A stretch of DNA of 64,000 nt from an uncultured Candidatus Saccharibacteria bacterium (GCA_964394505.1 CAYMXR010000001.1:9878-73877); one strand, 5' to 3'; counted from the stretch's first letter, positions 48,212-57,928 are shown. Made by a program: numbers and translations. The notes: generated from the letters alone by a model not told the origin.

Positions 48212-49419
48212 AAAATCTAAATAAAATCTTACTGGTGGTTGCAATGATTTCGATCTTGGGGTCTTCATATTCATGTTTGGCACAATCTGATGCAAAATAT
48301 ACTGTACTTGCTCCTTTACCTTGTATAGAAAGCGCAGAAACTACATATATTGACAGCCAGGGCCAATCCAGAACCAATCCAGGTATCACTTGCGAAGGTA
48401 ATGGTTCGGTTGCAACTGAAGTAGATTTCAAAACTTATGTGCAATACACCATGAATCTTCTCATTGCTCTATCTGCTGTCGTAGCTGTGGTAATGTTGGT
48501 TTGGGGAGGTATAGAGTACATGTTCACAAGCTCTTTTTCTTCAAAAAAGAGCGGTTTGGAGCGAGCGCAAAACGCTTTGGTTGGTCTATTACTTGTACTC
48601 ACCTCCTACATCATTCTCCGCACCGTAGACCCTAGGTTGGTAGAGATACCAAATACTCTAGTGCCACAATTGACGGTAAGGGAGGAGTTACGGGAAGATG
48701 TGTTTGACTCATTCACGACTCAATTAGAAAATGAAATTACTGAGTATGACAAAAATCGAACTAAGCTCGGTGAAGAGCTGACTGATATTAGACGAAAAAG
48801 AGCGGAGCTAGCAGAAAAAGAAAAAGATCTTCAAAGAAGGATCGCCTCTTCTACAGATCCTGTAGAGATTAATAAGTTAAAGGTGGAACTGGAAAAGACA
48901 ATGGAAGAAAATATTCAAAAGAAAGCGGTTGATATTGTAAAAAAGGCAACAATCGCAATTAATGGCAACTTGGATGAAATAGCAAAGATTGTGCTTGAGG
49001 GGAGGGATTACCAACACCAAGACAAGTTTGATGTGATAAGCCGAAATATGGGACTACTCAACAAGCACCTTGCAAATATGCAGATAGAGTATGCAGTCGC
49101 GACCGAAGAGTTAGGCAAGATTAGAGTGTTTGACAGCACATCTTTAAGGGACCAGAGGAATCATTACACAACGATCGGTAGACTAGACATGTTGAATTTA
49201 TCAATCGGTAGTATCACTGGCTCAAATAATTATTACGATGTAATTCTAACCAATGGAACCAAAGATAAGAAAAGGGGTCCTGTACTGAAAGAGGAAATCC
49301 AGACTGAAATCAACAGTCTGCAAAGATTTATCGACGCAACAACCGATACTGAACTTAAACAAAAAATGGTGACCAAAAAAGCCCAGGTAGAAGCAGCACT
49401 AAAAAATAAACTTCCATAA
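48208..49419 (+). CDS. Hypothetical secreted protein with a Cys-containing N-domain, a two-TM hairpin and a long coiled-coil; 4-nt ATGA overlap with the upstream gene
   Basis: Signal peptide plus the MNLLIALSAVVAVVMLVWGGIEY / ALVGLLLVLTSYIIL hydrophobic pair. Confidence 0.4.
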   Translation: MKNLNKILLVVAMISILGSSYSCLAQSDAKYTVLAPLPCIESAETTYIDSQGQSRTNPGITCEGNGSVATEVDFKTYVQYTMNLLIALSAVVAVVMLVWGGIEYMFTSSFSSKKSGLERAQNALVGLLLVLTSYIILRTVDPRLVEIPNTLVPQLTVREELREDVFDSFTTQLENEITEYDKNRTKLGEELTDIRRKRAELAEKEKDLQRRIASSTDPVEINKLKVELEKTMEENIQKKAVDIVKKATIAINGNLDEIAKIVLEGRDYQHQDKFDVISRNMGLLNKHLANMQIEYAVATEELGKIRVFDSTSLRDQRNHYTTIGRLDMLNLSIGSITGSNNYYDVILTNGTKDKKRGPVLKEEIQTEINSLQRFIDATTDTELKQKMVTKKAQVEAALKNKLP

Positions 49420-49427
49420 AAAAATAA

Positions 49428-50759
49428 ATGCGAAACTCGACCAAAATAATCTGGATAATATTAATCATACTGATCATTTCGGTTGCTTTGTATTGGTACT
49501 TCTTCTTTTATGGCCCAGGCAATCAGATAGAACCTATTGTAAATGATCCAAACACACCTTCTGGTTTCGTACCTCTAAATAGCAATAATCCAACAAACAA
49601 TCCGGTAAGCACGACCGAACCCGATATCGATTCCGCAACGACGACGGATAATGGCCTAGACTTGCAAACGATCGAGGGTACATTGCCAAAATTGCGTTTA
49701 CTTAGCAACACACCGATCGGTGGTTATGGAGCAAGTACAACCGCAAGTACAACCGTTGTCCGTTGGATCGATAGAGGGAGGGGTAATATCCTAGAAGCCA
49801 AGGGTGATTCCGGTGAAATTGTCATATTGTCAAACACTCTTTTGCCACGAATGTATGAGGGGGTTTGGAATAAGAACATAACCGCTTTCATCGGATCATT
49901 AATCAATAATAATGCCGACACCCCATCAACTGTCTATGCAAAACTTTATTCCCAAGCAAGCACAACAAGCAAAGTCGCAACCTCAACCTCAATTGCAACA
50001 ACAACTGATGAAAAAAATACCAATGTTACTCCTTATTATATAAAAGGTAAAAACTTACCAGAAAACATCATAGATTATGCCGTATCACCAGGAGGTGACA
50101 AAGTATTCCTTCTAATAAAAGAATCCGGTCAAGGTGTCGGGTATGTGGCAAATTTCGATGGAACAAAACTAATTCAAATATTCAATCAACCGCTCACAGA
50201 AGTCAATGTTGATTGGCCAGAAGAAAACACCCTAACCATAGCAACCAAAGGGTCAGCAAACCATCAAGGTTTTCTATATTTTGTTAACGCAAAAACTGGA
50301 ATATGGCAAAAGGTTCTTGGTCCAATATATGGACTTAGCGCCAAGGTAAGCAGGGACGCAAAATATATTCTTGTCTCAACCATCAATGCCGACAAGGAAC
50401 CAGTAATAAAAATATACAAAGTAGGAACAAGCGCACCAATCGACACCATGATCAGGACTTTGGCAGATAAATGCGTCTGGGGCAACAACTACAAAGAACT
50501 GGTTTACTGCGCAGTACCATCAAATACAGAAAACGCCACTTATCCCGATGATTGGTACAAAGGTTCCGTTGACTTTAGTGACAAGATTTTACAATACAAC
50601 ACAAAAGACGAAACTATTTCGGTCGTCTCTCCTATACTAGATCAAACCGATAGACTTATAGACGCTTTCAATCTTGGAGTCGACGACCGTGATGATTTTC
50701 TATTCTTTATGAACAAGCACGATCTATCGTTTTGGTCATTGGACCTTAGTGCAGAGTAA
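49428..50759 (+). CDS. Hypothetical membrane-anchored beta-rich extracytoplasmic protein
   Basis: N-terminal TM IIWIILIILIISVALYWYFFFY. Confidence 0.4.
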   Translation: MRNSTKIIWIILIILIISVALYWYFFFYGPGNQIEPIVNDPNTPSGFVPLNSNNPTNNPVSTTEPDIDSATTTDNGLDLQTIEGTLPKLRLLSNTPIGGYGASTTASTTVVRWIDRGRGNILEAKGDSGEIVILSNTLLPRMYEGVWNKNITAFIGSLINNNADTPSTVYAKLYSQASTTSKVATSTSIATTTDEKNTNVTPYYIKGKNLPENIIDYAVSPGGDKVFLLIKESGQGVGYVANFDGTKLIQIFNQPLTEVNVDWPEENTLTIATKGSANHQGFLYFVNAKTGIWQKVLGPIYGLSAKVSRDAKYILVSTINADKEPVIKIYKVGTSAPIDTMIRTLADKCVWGNNYKELVYCAVPSNTENATYPDDWYKGSVDFSDKILQYNTKDETISVVSPILDQTDRLIDAFNLGVDDRDDFLFFMNKHDLSFWSLDLSAE

Positions 50760-50767
50760 TTGAGGAA

Positions 50768-51526
50768 TTATCTTATGTGTTTTTTCTTGATGTACAACTC
50801 TTGTGCCAAAGTAAACAGGGAACTAACTGACCAGTAGATCGCAATGATTGAGGCGGCTTGGGGGAAACTAGCTGGAATAATCCAGTATATTGAAGCGAAA
50901 GCAACAACTGGAAGTATGTACTTCATCTGAGTATTCATTGAGCTTGCCATCTGTGAAGCAGGGTCAAGCTTGCCTCCGCTCTTAACTGTAGCATCTGCCA
51001 TATCCTGTTGCTGACGAGCAGCAACTGAATACTTGAGTTGGAAATATTGGATCACTCCAGTAATAAGAGCCAAAATAAAACTCTTTTGAGTCAGATCTAG
51101 ACCCAAAAGGGTAGCGCTGGCGTGCGGAGCCTGAATAAAAGAATACAATAATTCTGGTTGAACGTTTGGGATAATCTTGTAAAAGACCGAGATCAGAGCA
51201 AAAAGGATCGGTAACTGAATAATCAAAAGTAATATACTAGAAAGAGGATTAACTCCTTTTTGTTTATAAAGTTCCATTATCTTCAAAGCCTGTTCTTGTT
51301 TGTTGTTTGAGTACTGCAACCTGATCTTATTTGCTTCTGGTTCAATCGCTTTCATCCTAACTTGAGTAAGTAAAGCTTTTTTTGATAGAGGAAATAGAAT
51401 AAATTTGATAATACAAGTAAAAATAACTACTGCAAGACCAACATCTATACCAGGAATAATGTTCATAATTCCAATAAGGCCGTTGTATAAGGGAAGAAAA
51501 ATTAGCTCTTTATATAAATTGTACAT
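50768..51526 (-). CDS. yidC: Membrane protein insertase YidC (short form)
   Basis: 252 aa with YidC/Oxa1 core helices; sits in the rpmH-rnpA-yidC synteny. Confidence 0.85.
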   Translation of the reverse strand: MYNLYKELIFLPLYNGLIGIMNIIPGIDVGLAVVIFTCIIKFILFPLSKKALLTQVRMKAIEPEANKIRLQYSNNKQEQALKIMELYKQKGVNPLSSILLLIIQLPILFALISVFYKIIPNVQPELLYSFIQAPHASATLLGLDLTQKSFILALITGVIQYFQLKYSVAARQQQDMADATVKSGGKLDPASQMASSMNTQMKYILPVVAFASIYWIIPASFPQAASIIAIYWSVSSLFTLAQELYIKKKHIR

Positions 51527-51535
51527 CTGTGTATT

Positions 51536-51865
51536 TTACTTTATAAGCCCGGCTTTTACAAAGATTTCTTTTACCTCTTCTAATAATGAATCTTTTTCTG
51601 TTTTTGTTTTCAAACACAAGACCATTTGATAACCAGAGAGGGGGAGGCTTCCACAAATCAAAGCAATTGCATTGTACATCTTTCTTCTATAACCGACTCT
51701 CTGCGAAGCCTTGCTTGCAATTTTTTGTGGAACTATGGCCGAAAACCTAGTCTGGCCTTCGTTTTTTATAATTCTCAACCAAAAAGACGGTGTATGAACA
51801 ACTTTGCCAGTTTTCATAACCAAATCTAACTGTTCACTAGAGAGTCTTTTTGAACGGGGGAGCAT
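51536..51865 (-). CDS. rnpA: Ribonuclease P protein component
   Basis: MLPRSKRLSS...; RNR-motif-like basic region; the track ORF from 51931 is extended. Confidence 0.8.
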   Translation of the reverse strand: MLPRSKRLSSEQLDLVMKTGKVVHTPSFWLRIIKNEGQTRFSAIVPQKIASKASQRVGYRRKMYNAIALICGSLPLSGYQMVLCLKTKTEKDSLLEEVKEIFVKAGLIK

Positions 51866-51872
51866 GCTTCCA

Positions 51873-52007
51873 TTATACAGCCACGCGCTTCCTGCCGATA
51901 CTGCGTCTTCGGGCCAAAACCTTGCGACCACCAGGACTTTTCATTCGAACACGAAAACCGTGTGACTTTGCTCTTTTTCTTTTGTTTGGATTGTATGTAA
52001 ATGACAT
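51873..52007 (-). CDS. rpmH: 50S ribosomal protein L34
   Basis: Hand-translated: [44 protein letters not shown]; below the ORF-track size cutoff. Confidence 0.85.
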   Translation of the reverse strand: MSFTYNPNKRKRAKSHGFRVRMKSPGGRKVLARRRSIGRKRVAV

Positions 52008-52088
52008 GATTTGGCTACTATACATTATCTTTTACCAAGGCGCAACTTTTTTGCTGTGTTTTTTGCTTTATAAAAAGTTATGAACAAC

Positions 52089-52116
52089 TTATCAACATAT
52101 TTTAAAGCTCTCCACA
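52089..52116. promoter_or_regulatory. DnaA-box-like 9-mers (TTATCAACA at 8/9; CTCTCCACA at 7/9) in the rpmH-dnaA spacer
   Basis: Matches to TTATCCACA. Confidence 0.35.
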
Positions 52117-52152
52117 AGTTTGCAGATTTATAAACAGGTATATACTAGTGTC

Positions 52153-53493
52153 ATGAACGATCACGCAAAAATGTGGCAAACTGCTTTAATCGAAATTCAA
52201 ACCGATGTTTCGCAAGCAAACTTTTCTACATGGTTCAAAGAAACCAATATCGTCAAAGAAGAAGAGGGGGTTGTTTATCTCGGCGTGCCAAACTCTTTTA
52301 CGCAAGAGTGGCTGTACAAAAAATTTCATAATTCAATACTAAGAATTTTGCGCCAACTAAACGAACGAGTCCGCGCCCTTGAATATGTAATAATAAAAGA
52401 AGACAAAAAGGGCGAACATTCCAAAAAAAGCCCCCTCGCTCCAACTTTATCCATACCACTTCAAGATTTTTATATCAACAAAGAAGATAATCTGAACCCA
52501 AGATACACTTTTGATAATTTCGTTGTTGGCCCATACAACGAGCTGGCTCACGCCGCCTCACATACTGTGATCAAAAGCCCAGGCAGGGTATACAACCCAC
52601 TGTTTGTTTATGGCTCGACAGGTAGAGGCAAAACTCACCTCATACAGGCGATAGGAAATGAGATCAAAAAAACCCACCCTGACAAAAAAGTCTTTTACCT
52701 AACCTCCGAGCGTTTCGGTTCAGAGTTCTTTGTCGCCATCCAAGAAGGAAAGGTGCAATCATTCAAAGACCGTTACAGAAAATATGATGTGATGATCATG
52801 GATGATGTACAGTTTTTCTCCAACAAAGATAAGTTTCAAGAGGAATTATTCCATTTTTTTAACACTTTCCATGACACAGGTAGGCAGCTCATATTTTCTT
52901 CAGATCGCCATCCAAACATCATTCCTGGACTTGAAGACCGTTTGCGTGGTCGCTTTAGTGTCGGAATGATCGTCGACATTCCGGAACCAGACAACGAATC
53001 CAGGGCCGCTATCGTCAAAACCAAGTGCGCTCTACATTCTATAACCCTTTCCGACGAATCTATTGGTCTCATAACCGCAGCAATAGAGGACAATATCAGG
53101 GAAATAGAGGGTATCATCAATGTTATTGCTTGCCAAACCCAACTCCGTAACCGCGAACTAACGATCAATGAGATAAAAAACATCCTAAAAAACAGCAGTA
53201 AACCAAAAAAGAATGTTTTGGTTAAAGATATAATAAAAACCATAGCAGAGTTCTACAATACCGACGAAGAAAGTATCCTCAACAAAACTAGACGCAAGGA
53301 GGTGGTAAGACCAAGACAGGTGATCATGTACATACTTAGAGAGGATTTTGGAGTATCTTTTCCTTCTATAGGAGAAAAGCTTGGGGGAAGAGATCATACA
53401 ACCGTTATTCACTCTTATGAAAAAATAAAGGGTGAAGTAAAAAATGACACGGTCTTATCGCAAGAGATAGCACAAATTCGATCCATGCTATAA
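52153..53493 (+). CDS. dnaA: Chromosomal replication initiator DnaA
   Basis: Walker A GSTGRGKTHL and a C-terminal DNA-binding domain. The ATG at 52153 lies 6 nt after TATACT (leaderless); the track start at 52120 is a TTG. Confidence 0.9.
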   Translation: MNDHAKMWQTALIEIQTDVSQANFSTWFKETNIVKEEEGVVYLGVPNSFTQEWLYKKFHNSILRILRQLNERVRALEYVIIKEDKKGEHSKKSPLAPTLSIPLQDFYINKEDNLNPRYTFDNFVVGPYNELAHAASHTVIKSPGRVYNPLFVYGSTGRGKTHLIQAIGNEIKKTHPDKKVFYLTSERFGSEFFVAIQEGKVQSFKDRYRKYDVMIMDDVQFFSNKDKFQEELFHFFNTFHDTGRQLIFSSDRHPNIIPGLEDRLRGRFSVGMIVDIPEPDNESRAAIVKTKCALHSITLSDESIGLITAAIEDNIREIEGIINVIACQTQLRNRELTINEIKNILKNSSKPKKNVLVKDIIKTIAEFYNTDEESILNKTRRKEVVRPRQVIMYILREDFGVSFPSIGEKLGGRDHTTVIHSYEKIKGEVKNDTVLSQEIAQIRSML

Positions 53494-53516
53494 CCTTGAT
53501 AAGTTGTTATTAAGAC

Positions 53517-53662
53517 GGGGGATAATTTGGGGATTAGTGGTTAACAATTCGGACGGTGGTGGTTTGTTAAATTTTCAAAAACAATTTATTAACATAGTAA
53601 TAAACTAAGGAGAAAAAAATATGGCTAGCAATAAGGATAAATAAGCTATCAACATATCCACT
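53517..53662. promoter_or_regulatory. Candidate oriC: AT-rich dnaA-dnaN spacer with four 7/9 DnaA-box matches (GGGGGATAA 53517-53525, TAAGGATAA 53632-53640, CTATCAACA 53646-53654, TATCCACT 53655-53662)
   Basis: Box matches plus the conserved rpmH-rnpA-yidC/dnaA-dnaN gene order. Confidence 0.45.
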
Positions 53663-53679
53663 CTCCTAATAGTAATAAA

Positions 53680-54786
53680 ATGAAAATTGAATTAAATATA
53701 CAGAAACTTAAAAACGCGGTGACTGCTGTGGAAAAGATTGCAGGAAAACACATAACCCTTCCTGTGTTATCGTGTATTTTAATAGAAGTAAAAAACAATA
53801 TAGCTGTTTTTAAATCAACAAACCTTGATGTTGGTATAGAAGTATCTGTTCCTGTAAAATCAAGCGAAGATGGAATAATTGCCGCTCCTGCCCACACCCT
53901 TTCCGCTTTCGTCTCTCAAATAGTTGAAAACGATCAAATAGTGAAACTTGACGACTCTTCAGGAAATCTAAAAATTACAACAACAAAAACAACAGGGACG
54001 ATAAAAATTCAAGCATTTGATGATTTTCCTTCAATACCAAGGGTCACTGATGGTAAAAAAATTGTATTGTCTTCAGAAATCTTTCTTAAGGGTTTGAAGT
54101 CGGTTTGGTACAGTTCTTCTGTTTCGAGTGTTAAACCGGAGCTTTCTAGTGTTTTTATATACAAAGATGAAGGAAATTTGGTCTTTGTTGCTACCGACTC
54201 TTTTCGTTTGGCGGAAAGAAAAGTAAAACTACCAAATACAGCCGACATTAGTGATATTTTGATTCCATTCAAAAACATTCCAGACCTAAGTCGGGTTTTG
54301 GAGAACATGAACGAAGATATTGAGGTTACTATAAACAAAAACCTAATCTCCTTTGAAGGAAAGGGAATATATGCCGTTTCCAGGCTTATCGATGGTATTT
54401 TCCCAGATTACAGACAGATCATTCCAAAAAATTACAGCACGGAGGTTATTCTACTAAAACAGGATCTAACCAACGCTTTAAAAGTCTCAAACATTTTTTC
54501 AGATAAATTTAACCAAGTTCGTTTTGTAATAGACCCCAAAGCCAAAATATTCAACATACAGACAAAAAATAGCGACATAGGGGAGAATGTTACTTCCTTG
54601 GACGCTTCATTGACTGGAGAGGTTTTGGAGATTAATTTCAATTACAAATACATTGTAGATTGTTTCCAATCAATAGACGCGGACAGTGTTTCCTTATCTT
54701 TGGGTGGTATAAGTAAACCGATGGTGATAAGGCCAATATCCGGAGACCAATCGTTTATGTATCTAGTTATGCCAATGAATCGATAA
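53680..54786 (+). CDS. dnaN: DNA polymerase III beta sliding clamp
   Basis: 368 aa with a three-domain clamp-like profile, directly after dnaA. Confidence 0.9.
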   Translation: MKIELNIQKLKNAVTAVEKIAGKHITLPVLSCILIEVKNNIAVFKSTNLDVGIEVSVPVKSSEDGIIAAPAHTLSAFVSQIVENDQIVKLDDSSGNLKITTTKTTGTIKIQAFDDFPSIPRVTDGKKIVLSSEIFLKGLKSVWYSSSVSSVKPELSSVFIYKDEGNLVFVATDSFRLAERKVKLPNTADISDILIPFKNIPDLSRVLENMNEDIEVTINKNLISFEGKGIYAVSRLIDGIFPDYRQIIPKNYSTEVILLKQDLTNALKVSNIFSDKFNQVRFVIDPKAKIFNIQTKNSDIGENVTSLDASLTGEVLEINFNYKYIVDCFQSIDADSVSLSLGGISKPMVIRPISGDQSFMYLVMPMNR

Positions 54787-54788
54787 AA

Positions 54789-55040
54789 ATGTTTGGAATT
54801 ACCGATTTTTTCAAGAATATTCAAAACGCTTTTACAAAAGAGATACTTTTACGCACAAAGATTAAAGAAATAGTAGAAAAACAAACAGGAATAAGTATTC
54901 CTATAGAGAATATTGTTTACAAAAACGAAGTTGTGAGTCTAAAAAAGACAAATTCCTCGATTTTGTCTGTAATTTACATAAAAAAAGCAAAGATTTTAGA
55001 AGAACTCAAAAGTGTTGGGATTGTTAAGGATATTAGATAG
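54789..55040 (+). CDS. Small protein, possibly DUF721/DciA-like (by position after dnaN)
   Basis: 83-aa ORF coupled to dnaN; assignment rests on position only. Confidence 0.3.
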   Translation: MFGITDFFKNIQNAFTKEILLRTKIKEIVEKQTGISIPIENIVYKNEVVSLKKTNSSILSVIYIKKAKILEELKSVGIVKDIR

Positions 55041-55061
55041 TAGCGTATTTGCTGATCAAAC

Positions 55062-57587
55062 CTACCTAATTTGAAAACTAAGAGAGTCTTGGCCTTTGTT
55101 GTAGACCGAGTCGTAGACTGTTACAGAAAGCGTGTTAACGGGAGATAGGTTGCCGACATCTGCTGGAACAAAAGAGATATTCAAAGGGTCCGATTCTTTC
55201 GTAAGAACGTATTTGTCATTTAGATAAACCTCAACCTTTTTTGGTTGGTTTGGACCAGAGATTCGAATTTTGATTGATAATTGCTGATTTGGATCGATCG
55301 AAACGTTTTGTTCTGGAGAAACAATCTTAACTTGAGGAAATTTGTCTGGAACATGGACATTATCGGTTTCTTTTGGAATTTCAAAATTTGTTGTTTCTCT
55401 GAAGCCTGGATTGGCTACCTTCCATTCGTCAAACCATTTTCTAACCGCGTATTCCCAATAAGGGTACTGGGTGTCTTTGGTTGGATCTGTTGGTATTGGA
55501 CCGTTGGGGTTGTTTTTATCTACCCAGTGCAAAATATTATGGACATCATTAAATACAACCTCCTTCAAAGTTTCTTTTGGAGTGTATTCGGTAGCAACTT
55601 TTCCAGAAATAGTATCTATGTTGTATGAAATTCCTCCCTGCCAAATACCACGAATCACTGGTTTTGTATCAGTGCGAGGAGTTGGTGGGGGAAGGAAGTC
55701 TTCCGGCGGATAGTTTTTTGCCACTTGGGACATAAAGGCTCCCCAGAGAGGAGATATTATAAGTCCTGCAATATTTTGGCTCATTGGAGTGTTGTCGTTA
55801 TTGCCCGCCCAGGCTCCAACAACAATGTTTGGTGTATAACCAATTGCCCAAACATCTCGATAGTCGTTAGTTGTACCCGTCTTAATGGTAACTTTTCTTC
55901 CAACACTGTCAGCAATTGGTTTTAGGCTGTTTATTCGAACAGAGTTGTCGGCCAAAATGCTGTTTATTTGTCTGGCAATTTGTGAATCTAGTGATCTTGA
56001 GGGGTAGAGAGATGCGCTTTCAAGAACATTACCTTTACTGTCAGTAATTTCTAGGATTGACCGGGTTGGATTGCGTATACCGTCATTGGCAAATGTTGCG
56101 TAAGCTCCGGTCATTTCTAGCAAACTAACTTCTCCTCCACCCAGGACCATAGTTAAACCATATTTATTTGGATCGTTCAGGCTTGTTATTCCAAGGTCGC
56201 GCGCAGTTTGAATAGATTGTGGTATACCGGCCAAGTACAAGGCTTTTACTGCGGGGATGTTGCGTGATTGACCCAATGCTTTTCGGATAGTCATTGGTCC
56301 TGGATATATAGAGTCAAATTCCCTTGGAGAATAGCAAACTTTTTCTGGGTCATCGTTTGGATTTATTGGTTTTCCTTCTGGTGTGCAGTATGACGAAAAC
56401 TCAGTTCTCACATCAAAAAGAACAGTTTCTGGAGTGTAGCCTTTTTTAAACAGCGTCGAATACACAAAAGGTTTGAATGTTGAACCTGGTTGTCTTTTTG
56501 CTAATGCAGTATTGTAATTGCCATCAATTGTTTTACTAAAATAATCTTTTGATCCCACCATCGTTAAGATGTCTCCGGTTTTTGGGTCTATTGCGACCAT
56601 AGACGCGTTGCTGGCTTTGTAATTTTCTTCTATTGATGGGGCAAATTTTTTAATTACCTCCTCAGCTTTTTGTTGCATATCAAAATCAAGAGTTGTCTTG
56701 ACACGAAGACCACCGACACTTGCAGAATCTTCTCCGTATTTTTGGATTAGATAGTCTCTAATGTACATTACAAAATGTGGAGCCCGGATATTTTCTGAAT
56801 TTTTTGTTAAAAACTCAACTTTTTCTTTTTGTGCTAAATCGTAATCTTCTTTTGTTATCATTCCAAGAGACAACATCCGATCTAGAACTAGTTTTTGTCT
56901 AGCGTCTAAGGCTTTTTTGTTTTTTCCATAAGGTGAATAGTAGGTCGGAGCTTTTGGAATAGCGGCTAAATATGCAGATTGGGCCAGGGTTATTTCGGAA
57001 GCTGGCTTACCAAAGAAGGTTTGGCTAGCCTGTTCAACGCCGTATATTGTTCCGCCGTAAGGACTTTCGTTCAGATATATCTCAAGAATTTGATCTTTAC
57101 TCATGAGCCTTGTTATCTTTATTGCCAAAATCCACTCTTTTATTTTTCTTGTTACCGTCTTGTCTTGAGTTAAAAGAGAGTTTTTTATCACCTGTTGAGT
57201 GATCGTAGATGCCCCCTGACTGTAATTTCCTGAAAGAAAGTTTGCAATAACTGCTCTAAATATTGAACTAGGCTCGATCCCGATATTATTGTAAAAATTT
57301 GAATCTTCTATCGCAATGGTACCTTTTTGTAAATAAGGGGACATGGAAGATAGGGGAACTGATGTAGATTTTACATTGGTACCTGTATCATAAAGCAAAA
57401 CCGTTCCCGTTCGGTCGTATATTTTTGTTGATTCTGTAACTTTGCGACTTTGAAAAGAACTAAGGTCCGGTATTTTTAGTGTCGCTATCCATAAAGCAAA
57501 AACCCCGATCATTATGAGAATGACCGAGCTTATAAGCAGGATTAGCGATTTTAAATGTCGAAAGACACGCTTTTTTCCTCTAGACAT
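55062..57587 (-). CDS. ponA: Class A penicillin-binding protein (bifunctional glycosyltransferase/transpeptidase) with a C-terminal extension
   Basis: GT motifs (EDSNFY, GASTITQQ), TP motifs (STFKP, SRN, KTGTTN), and an N-terminal TM. Confidence 0.9.
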   Translation of the reverse strand: MSRGKKRVFRHLKSLILLISSVILIMIGVFALWIATLKIPDLSSFQSRKVTESTKIYDRTGTVLLYDTGTNVKSTSVPLSSMSPYLQKGTIAIEDSNFYNNIGIEPSSIFRAVIANFLSGNYSQGASTITQQVIKNSLLTQDKTVTRKIKEWILAIKITRLMSKDQILEIYLNESPYGGTIYGVEQASQTFFGKPASEITLAQSAYLAAIPKAPTYYSPYGKNKKALDARQKLVLDRMLSLGMITKEDYDLAQKEKVEFLTKNSENIRAPHFVMYIRDYLIQKYGEDSASVGGLRVKTTLDFDMQQKAEEVIKKFAPSIEENYKASNASMVAIDPKTGDILTMVGSKDYFSKTIDGNYNTALAKRQPGSTFKPFVYSTLFKKGYTPETVLFDVRTEFSSYCTPEGKPINPNDDPEKVCYSPREFDSIYPGPMTIRKALGQSRNIPAVKALYLAGIPQSIQTARDLGITSLNDPNKYGLTMVLGGGEVSLLEMTGAYATFANDGIRNPTRSILEITDSKGNVLESASLYPSRSLDSQIARQINSILADNSVRINSLKPIADSVGRKVTIKTGTTNDYRDVWAIGYTPNIVVGAWAGNNDNTPMSQNIAGLIISPLWGAFMSQVAKNYPPEDFLPPPTPRTDTKPVIRGIWQGGISYNIDTISGKVATEYTPKETLKEVVFNDVHNILHWVDKNNPNGPIPTDPTKDTQYPYWEYAVRKWFDEWKVANPGFRETTNFEIPKETDNVHVPDKFPQVKIVSPEQNVSIDPNQQLSIKIRISGPNQPKKVEVYLNDKYVLTKESDPLNISFVPADVGNLSPVNTLSVTVYDSVYNKGQDSLSFQIR

Positions 57588-57622
57588 ATTAGTTCAATTG
57601 TAGCAGAAATCTCTGCGAACTG

Positions 57623-57892
57623 TTACTGCTCCCATTTATCCTGGAAAGGATTTAATTCATCATCATCTAGAGATAGGCCCTCCTCGTCTTCTTCTGGGTC
57701 TTCTGTAGCGACCAAAGGATCTTCCTCGATCTTTTCTTCAATAACAGAAGCAGGTTCTAGTGCCGCTTCCAAATCGACGGGTTTTTTTGATTTTGTTTCT
57801 TCTGTCTCGGGTATATCCAGTTCATTTTCTGCATCCCTTTCAACTTTTTTGTTTTTTGCCTGTTTTTGGTGAACGATTTTTTTCTGAGCCAT
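57623..57892 (-). CDS. Small, highly acidic hypothetical protein
   Basis: 89 aa; C-terminus DPEEDEEGLSLDDDELNPFQDKWEQ. Confidence 0.35.
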   Translation of the reverse strand: MAQKKIVHQKQAKNKKVERDAENELDIPETEETKSKKPVDLEAALEPASVIEEKIEEDPLVATEDPEEDEEGLSLDDDELNPFQDKWEQ

Positions 57893-57928
57893 CTCTTTAA
57901 AATTAATTTTAATTATCGTGCATATGTT

